From Candidatus Yanofskybacteria bacterium (GTDB lineage Bacteria; Patescibacteriota; Minisyncoccia; 2-02-FULL-40-12; IGHO2-12-FULL-4), in the NCBI GenBank assembly GCA_016181105.1, contig JACOZX010000018.1, forward strand, positions 1 through 60,112: a stretch of DNA of 60,112 bases, in the 5' to 3' direction. The position numbers and the translations under genes are program-made. Shown here piece by piece: positions 54,518 through 60,112 of this stretch. How positions within the stretch are numbered: position 1 is the first letter of the stretch; every line of letters starts with the position of its first letter. The notes beneath the pieces were generated by a model. The model was not told the DNA's origin and did no database searches. It saw nothing but the letters and a program-made list of their open reading frames with translations.

Positions 54518-55114
54518 GTGAGAAAATCAGGGATAGTCTTTTTGGTGATTTTAGCGGTTGTTGCAACTTTAACGAGTTCTGCCTTTGCGCAGAACGACGA
54601 CGAAAGGCGCGGACTGTTTTCCGTTCAACTGGGCGGAACTTCAAATATTGGGTCATCTGAAGCCAACAAGTTCAACATCGGCGGCAGTTTTGCTTATAGG
54701 CTTTTTGAATCGCGTAATTTTTATATTGAGCCAGGCCTGTCGCTGAATTGGCCGAGCAAAGAGTACCTTTTTGTTGAGGAGTATCCTTATCCTGTAGGGC
54801 GGATAAGCTCAAAGACTGTTATTGTGGATTTCAACGCTTCACAATCTTTTGTTGGAAAAAGGCAGAAGCGTTGCGTTCCTTATCTCACCGGGGGCATCGG
54901 TTTTATAAGAAACTGGTCAACTTTGACAGACGGATATTATGTTTATGACTGGGGTTCAGATACCAGTTTTACCAAAAACCTGGGTGCCGGATTCAGAATT
55001 TTTTTGGGAGAAGATCAGAACGTTTTTGTCGGCGGAGAGTATAAAAATTACTGGGCCGGCGACACCGGCAGTTTTCACGTTTTCTCCGGTAAGTTTGGGC
55101 TTAGGTTTGAGTAA
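54518..55114 (+). CDS. small beta-barrel-like (OmpA/OmpW-type) secreted protein
   Basis: A GTG start follows GGAGAAAG. It has a signal peptide ..TLTSSAFA/Q, alternating hydrophobic beta-strand patterns and a C-terminal GKFGLRFE. Confidence 0.45.
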   Translation: MRKSGIVFLVILAVVATLTSSAFAQNDDERRGLFSVQLGGTSNIGSSEANKFNIGGSFAYRLFESRNFYIEPGLSLNWPSKEYLFVEEYPYPVGRISSKTVIVDFNASQSFVGKRQKRCVPYLTGGIGFIRNWSTLTDGYYVYDWGSDTSFTKNLGAGFRIFLGEDQNVFVGGEYKNYWAGDTGSFHVFSGKFGLRFE

Positions 55115-55167
55115 TAAAAAATCCCTCATCACTTTTTAAAAAAAGTGGCGGGGGATTTAATTTTGTC

Positions 55168-56160
55168 TTATTTCTTTGAGGAAAAATAGTTACTTAAAAC
55201 TTTTAACCTGGGGTTGGCCAACTCCAGTTTTTTAGCCATGTCTTTTCTGTTTGGAAAAGTTGTAACCAGCCTTTTCAGCAAGGGAACTTCTTTTTCTAAG
55301 ATCAACCACTCATTTTTACTCTTTCCGCTATTCTTGAATTCTTCGCGCTGGTCGTCGTAAACTTCAGCCAGCAGTAAGGCTGATTCAAGCCATGTTTTTT
55401 TAAGCCACGGTTCGTCATAGCTGTTTTCGTATGATTTTTCAATCCATTTTAGGGCGGTACTTTTGTTAAAAACATCGTCATCAGCAAAATAATAAAGCTC
55501 ATTGTAAGCGTAAGACTTCCATCTGACAAAGAGTCTTTTAAAACTCAATGGATCTGTTTTGCTGGCAAGTCCATAGCGGGTAGCTCCCAGAAAAAAGTAG
55601 ACGGAGTGAAAATTTGGATTTTCTTTTAGAATTCTCTTCAATACTTTTATGCCGTCGGCCGTGTCTTTATCTGCCTGCGACAGTCCGGATAAGTTGCCTT
55701 CAAACCTATAAATGAACTTGGCTTGGCTGAAAAGCAAAATTGCTTGTGCCAACAAATGCTTATGGTTATCTTGACTGCTTGCCAGTTTGAAACCTTGACC
55801 GACAATCTCATGATATTTTTTGGCTCTGCCCGCCAATTCCACGTTGTCAGAAATATTTTTTTGCTTGTCTAGTCCTACGCCAAGCTCATGGCCAAGCAGA
55901 ACCCACTCTATTGATGACCAAAGATCATAGAAATAAGGGTCGTCCGGGTATTTTCTCAACAGTTCCCAAGCGTTTTCCAGATTTTGAGCGTTGATCTCTT
56001 TTGATTCAAAGTTGTCATAAAAACTGTCTACTATTTTGTTGAGTTGTTCGTACTTTTGTTCTTCTTGGTTTTGCTCCTGTGAGACCGGCCAAGCTGTCGC
56101 AATAACCGGAGGGCTTAACGTGACAAAAGCAAGAAAAGCAAGTATTTTTTTAAGCACCAT
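55168..56160 (-). CDS. hypothetical secreted helical-repeat protein
   Basis: 330 aa with a signal peptide and a helical, TPR-like composition. Confidence 0.5.
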   Translation of the reverse strand: MVLKKILAFLAFVTLSPPVIATAWPVSQEQNQEEQKYEQLNKIVDSFYDNFESKEINAQNLENAWELLRKYPDDPYFYDLWSSIEWVLLGHELGVGLDKQKNISDNVELAGRAKKYHEIVGQGFKLASSQDNHKHLLAQAILLFSQAKFIYRFEGNLSGLSQADKDTADGIKVLKRILKENPNFHSVYFFLGATRYGLASKTDPLSFKRLFVRWKSYAYNELYYFADDDVFNKSTALKWIEKSYENSYDEPWLKKTWLESALLLAEVYDDQREEFKNSGKSKNEWLILEKEVPLLKRLVTTFPNRKDMAKKLELANPRLKVLSNYFSSKK

Positions 56161-56225
56161 CTTTGCCTCTGACTGACTTTATTTTCAAGGTAGCTTGCCT
56201 ATTTTACAATCAAAAACAAGTTTTT

Positions 56226-56275
56226 GCAAGGTCACCCCTTGTCAGGATGACCCTGACAAGGGGTGATTGGCTTGC
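56226..56275. promoter_or_regulatory. 15-bp perfect inverted repeat in a divergent promoter region
   Basis: TCACCCCTTGTCAGG-atgac-CCTGACAAGGGGTGA, extended by GCAAG/CTTGC. Confidence 0.5.
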
Positions 56276-56308
56276 TGTTGGTTAGGTGGTATATTATAAT
56301 TAAAAATT

Positions 56309-56548
56309 ATGGATAATAACGTAGAGATTTACACAACTCCTTCTTGTCCTTACTGCCACATGGCCAAAGAATATTTTAAGAGCAAAGGTATTGACTATAA
56401 AGAGTACAATGTTGCTCAAGATGTTAAGAAGAGAGAAGAAATGCTTAAACTTGTCGGGCAGATAGCCGTACCGGTCATAGTAATTAACGGCCAAGCGATT
56501 CTTGGTTTTAATAAAGCTAAAGTTAATGAGTTGTTAGGAATAAAGTGA
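56309..56548 (+). CDS. glutaredoxin-like (NrdH/Grx) protein
   Basis: 79 aa with a CPYC active site. Confidence 0.8.
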   Translation: MDNNVEIYTTPSCPYCHMAKEYFKSKGIDYKEYNVAQDVKKREEMLKLVGQIAVPVIVINGQAILGFNKAKVNELLGIK

Positions 56549-56571
56549 GTTCAAACTCACAAAGTTAACCC

Positions 56572-57180
56572 ATGTACGAAGTTAAACCTCTCAACAAAAA
56601 AGAAGTGCCGGGGATTTCGGAAAAAACTATGGCGATACATCATGGCAAGCTTTATACCGGTTACGTCAATAAAAGCAATGAGATTCTCCAAAAACTTAAA
56701 GATTTGAGAACTAGCGGCAAAGCGGAAGGCAACACCACTTTCAGCGAGTTAAGGTCTCTCAAGGATGCCGAGACCTTTGCCGTCAATGGCATTTATCTTC
56801 ACGAAAACTATTTTGATTTGCTGGGCGGCGACGGAGATTGGAACAAGGCTCCGGAATTTTCTGCGGCTATGACCAAAAAATGGGGCTCGGTTGAAACCAT
56901 CGTTGGTTGGTTTTCAACTTGCGCCATGGCGGCCCGCGGCTGGTCAGTTTTGTGCTGGGATTCAAAAATAGGGGAGTTGAGGCACTATAACGGCGATGCT
57001 CACAATCAGGGCGGAGTCTGGGGCTGCATTCCGATTATTGCTCTGGATGTATATGAACATGCTTACTTTATAGACCATGGTTCCGACCGCAAAGCTTACA
57101 TTGAAGCTTTTTGGAAAAATCTTGACTGGGCTAAGGCGGAAGAGGTTTATTTGAAAGCCAAAGAATCAAATTTTAATTGA
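56572..57180 (+). CDS. Fe/Mn superoxide dismutase
   Basis: HHGKLYTGYVNK and DVYEHAYFIDHGSDRKAYIEAFW. Confidence 0.85.
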   Translation: MYEVKPLNKKEVPGISEKTMAIHHGKLYTGYVNKSNEILQKLKDLRTSGKAEGNTTFSELRSLKDAETFAVNGIYLHENYFDLLGGDGDWNKAPEFSAAMTKKWGSVETIVGWFSTCAMAARGWSVLCWDSKIGELRHYNGDAHNQGGVWGCIPIIALDVYEHAYFIDHGSDRKAYIEAFWKNLDWAKAEEVYLKAKESNFN

Positions 57181-57202
57181 AGCTTAGTCTGCTAAACCTT
57201 AA

Positions 57203-58558
57203 CTATCTCCAAGTTGACAGCCAAAATAGAAGGTTTTGCTCGGGCACGGTCAGTGGCAGACCGTAGGTAAAGGGAGAGAAAAAAAGGAAAAACAAAATAG
57301 AAAAAAACAGAAAAAGGCCAAAGAGGCCCTTTTTGTTTTTCTGGTTGAGCAAGTAGCCTAAAGCTAAAATGGCAAATACTAGGGAAGTAAAGTAGTGGTA
57401 TAAAAACATAACTCTGCCAACACCGATAAAGGGCAATAGGTTAAGGAAAAAACCGGAGAGTATGAAAGCGGAAGGAAAATCCAGTTGCATTTTTTTTAGC
57501 TTTGAGGCGGAATTTAAAAGCAAATAGAGAACGGCGATACTGGATGACCACCAAATAAAGGGATTGCCCAAGAAATAAACCTTGCTTTCGTTTTGGCCTT
57601 CAGCTTTGTTCCAATAGTAAATCGTTCGTGACATGAACGGCCAGCTATACCACTTACTGCCATAGGGGTGAGCCGCGATCAGTCTTTTGTTGGAACCGTA
57701 CATTTGCATATTGAGTTCGGTGAACTTTTTGAAAAAGCCGATCGGTTTCACCGAAGGATCGTTTCCGTATTGGTTGTTAAGCAGGGTTTTTTGAAAGCTT
57801 GGTGTCATGAAAGCATTGCCCGGTCCGGACTTGGGCAAGAGCTTGAAGTGTATGGCGAATATGCCAAGATAAATTACAAAAGGAAGTAAAATGAGGCAGG
57901 TGAAGTTCAAGCAAGTTTCTTTAAGATTTATTTTCTTTTGTTCCAGCCAGCCGAAAAGCTGGAAAATTATTATCAGTCCCAAAAACCCCAAACCGGTCCA
58001 CTTAACTGAAGCGGATAAACCTGCCAGTACCCCGGCCAGCAAAAGAAGTTTTAGCGACTGTCCGGACCTATATTTTAAATAAGCCAAAAGAGAACCAAAA
58101 CCGAAAAGCAAAAGCATGGAGTCTAAAAGTATAAAACGTGACTGAACAAGGAGGGCGTTCTCAAAAACTATGAACAAAGATGTCAGTAAAGATGTTTTTT
58201 TGGAGAAACCCAGCCGCAGTGCCAGAAAGAAAACTACGAGCGGCAACAGAGTTCCGGCCATAATTGGCAAAAGGCGGAGAGCCAAATAGTGTTTGTCGGG
58301 AAACATCTCGCCGATGTTGGCAAAAGAGAATCCCGGCTTGAAACCGCTGACATAGCCCGTCGCACTTAGCAAAAGTTTGCCTAAGGGTGGATGTATGTCA
58401 AAAAAATACTCACCGGTAAAATATCCGGATAAGAATTTCCCAAAGTGGACTTCATCAAAAACCGTCTGGTTGGGATGGCCAAATCTTATAAAATGAGTGA
58501 AGATGCTTAAAGCTAAGATAATTAAGACGAAAACAAGAGTTTTTTTATTTTCAAGCAT
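57203..58558 (-). CDS. GT39/PMT-like phospholipid-carrier-dependent glycosyltransferase
   Basis: 451 aa, polytopic, with DEVHFGKF and DIHPPLGKLL in the first loop. Confidence 0.75.
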   Translation of the reverse strand: MLENKKTLVFVLIILALSIFTHFIRFGHPNQTVFDEVHFGKFLSGYFTGEYFFDIHPPLGKLLLSATGYVSGFKPGFSFANIGEMFPDKHYLALRLLPIMAGTLLPLVVFFLALRLGFSKKTSLLTSLFIVFENALLVQSRFILLDSMLLLFGFGSLLAYLKYRSGQSLKLLLLAGVLAGLSASVKWTGLGFLGLIIIFQLFGWLEQKKINLKETCLNFTCLILLPFVIYLGIFAIHFKLLPKSGPGNAFMTPSFQKTLLNNQYGNDPSVKPIGFFKKFTELNMQMYGSNKRLIAAHPYGSKWYSWPFMSRTIYYWNKAEGQNESKVYFLGNPFIWWSSSIAVLYLLLNSASKLKKMQLDFPSAFILSGFFLNLLPFIGVGRVMFLYHYFTSLVFAILALGYLLNQKNKKGLFGLFLFFSILFFLFFSPFTYGLPLTVPEQNLLFWLSTWR

Positions 58559-58578
58559 ATATATAGTATAATTTAGGA

Positions 58579-59505
58579 GTGGAAAATAAAGAAGTGCATG
58601 ACTTAATTATCATCGGAGGTTCTGCTGCTGCTACTGCGGCAGGAATTTATGCTGCGCGGAGAGGTTTGAATTTTAAGATTATAACCAAAGATTTTGGCGG
58701 CGAAGTGGCAACTTCAGGGGAGATTGGCAACTGGCCGGGAATTAATAAGACAGATGGCATTACTTTGGCCGGGCAGTTTAAGGAGCATTTAAGGTATTAC
58801 GGAGTTGAGCCGGAAGAGGGGGTTGAGGTGGAAAAAGTTTTGGTAGAGCCCGACGGCAGTTTTTTAGTTAAATCAAACAACGGAAACTATGCCGCTAAAA
58901 CAGTCATTATGACTACCGGAGTTCATCCGCGCGAACTAGGCGTGACCGGGGAAAAAGAATTTCGCAATAAAGGAGTCAGTTACTGTACGGTATGCGACGG
59001 TCCGCTTTTTGCCGGTAAAAATGTGGCTACTGTCGGCGGAGGCAATTCGGCTCTTGAGTCCGCCCTCATGCTTTCTGATATCGCAAGTCAGGTGTATGTT
59101 ATTAACAAAAACGCGCAGTTTAAGGGCGACCAGATTTTAATTGATAATTTAAATAAAAAAAATAATGTGAAAATAACTTATGATGCCAGCACCACGGCAA
59201 TTATTGGTGACCAGTTTGTGACCAGTTTGAAGTATAACGATTCTTCTGGTTCGGAAAAAGAAATAAAGGTTGATGGCATTTTTGTCCACATTGGCATGGT
59301 GCCAAACAGCAGTTTGGCGCCGGATGAAACAGCTAAAGACCAGTTCGGCCAAATTAAAGTCAATGCTAACTGTGAAACCAACGTCCCCGGTCTTTATGCT
59401 GCCGGTGATGTTACTGATACGCCACACAAGCAAATTGTCATTGCCGCCGGCATGGGTACTTGCGCCCTGTTGTCAGCGGTCAATTATTTAAACCGAATGA
59501 AATGA
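58579..59505 (+). CDS. trxB: thioredoxin-disulfide reductase
   Basis: DLIIIGGSAAATAAGIYAARRG, the redox CTVCDG, and GGGNSALE. Confidence 0.9.
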   Translation: MENKEVHDLIIIGGSAAATAAGIYAARRGLNFKIITKDFGGEVATSGEIGNWPGINKTDGITLAGQFKEHLRYYGVEPEEGVEVEKVLVEPDGSFLVKSNNGNYAAKTVIMTTGVHPRELGVTGEKEFRNKGVSYCTVCDGPLFAGKNVATVGGGNSALESALMLSDIASQVYVINKNAQFKGDQILIDNLNKKNNVKITYDASTTAIIGDQFVTSLKYNDSSGSEKEIKVDGIFVHIGMVPNSSLAPDETAKDQFGQIKVNANCETNVPGLYAAGDVTDTPHKQIVIAAGMGTCALLSAVNYLNRMK

Positions 59506-59948
59506 TTTATCTTGGAGCGGACCACCGCGGATACGAGTTGAAAGAAAAAATTAAACAGTGGTTGGCCGACTGGGGCTATGAGTTTGAAGATTGCGGAGCT
59601 TTTGAATACGATAAAGATGACGATTATCCGGATTTTGCTCGGGTGGTAGCAGAAAAAGTCCATCAAGGTTCAACCTTGATGGACAGAGGAATATTGATCT
59701 GCGGTTCCGGTATTGGTGTTTGTGTGGCAGCCAACAAAACTAAGGGCATCCGCGCTGGTACTGCCGCCAGTCCCGGCCAAGTCAAAGCCTCTGTCGGCGA
59801 CGAAGACTTGAATGTATTATGTCTGTCCTCTGACTATGTTGACGAAAGTATTATTCGAAATATTATCAAAACTTTCCTGGAAACTAAATTTTCCGGCGAG
59901 GAGCGGCATAAGCGGAGAATAGACAAAATTGAACAGTTGGAACAATGA
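59502..59948 (+). CDS. rpiB: ribose-5-phosphate isomerase B
   Basis: MIYLGADHRGYELK and ILICGSGIGVCVAANK. The ATG overlaps the trxB stop. Confidence 0.85.
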   Translation: MIYLGADHRGYELKEKIKQWLADWGYEFEDCGAFEYDKDDDYPDFARVVAEKVHQGSTLMDRGILICGSGIGVCVAANKTKGIRAGTAASPGQVKASVGDEDLNVLCLSSDYVDESIIRNIIKTFLETKFSGEERHKRRIDKIEQLEQ

Positions 59949-60112
59949 AAAAGATTTTAATTATCGTGTTGCTTGCCATAGTTACTAACTTCATTATTTT
60001 TTGGATTACCGGAAATGATTCTTGCCCTAAAGAGCCCGGGGTAGTATCAATTCCAGAATGCGTTTTTGATATTACAGGAGGTTTGCCCTTAAAATATGAC
60101 TTGGAAGTATTC
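59945..60112 (+). CDS. hypothetical membrane-anchored protein, N-terminal part (runs off the window)
   Basis: MKKILIIVLLAIVTNFIIFWI.. is open to the end of the window. Confidence 0.4.
   Translation, partial: MKKILIIVLLAIVTNFIIFWITGNDSCPKEPGVVSIPECVFDITGGLPLKYDLEVF

Overview
The window is an AT-rich bacterial chromosome segment. Hand-counted background 60-mers are about 32% GC. It has no rRNA and no CRISPR array, and it uses the standard genetic code. Housekeeping genes present are recG, holA, polA, tsaE, pnp, rpsO, ligA, trxB and rpiB. A complete secretin-less type IV pilus/competence locus (comF, pilMNO-BTC, pilin, pilD, minor pilins) and a four-gene PrkA/DUF444/SpoVR/PrkA-like operon are also present. 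This gene content fits a small-genome, uncultivated (Patescibacteria/CPR-like) bacterium, but that placement is inference only.

The most unusual content is non-coding. (A) Three copies of a ~180-230-nt structured element show compensatory base changes in every helix. (B) Four hairpin elements share a conserved 26-nt loop. (C) Four 18-26-bp ATGTTTCGCRCGAAACAT palindromes lie within 4 kb. (D) GC-rich mini-palindromes are inserted in frame into polA and another CDS. (R) REP-like palindromes flank and interrupt an IS200-like (RAYT-type) transposase gene.

Other features:
- Three GC-rich islands (53-73% GC in sampled 60-mers) look horizontally acquired.
- Two tRNA-Ser genes are each followed by a short structured insert and an 18-bp duplicate of the tRNA 3' end.
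- Two RelE-type toxin-antitoxin (TA) pairs are present.
- Three genes are inserted between rpsO and pnp.
- Several genes appear internally deleted or interrupted: comM, xer, an NTase-like gene and a hydrolase.

All functional calls rest on motif recognition by eye. No database search was possible.
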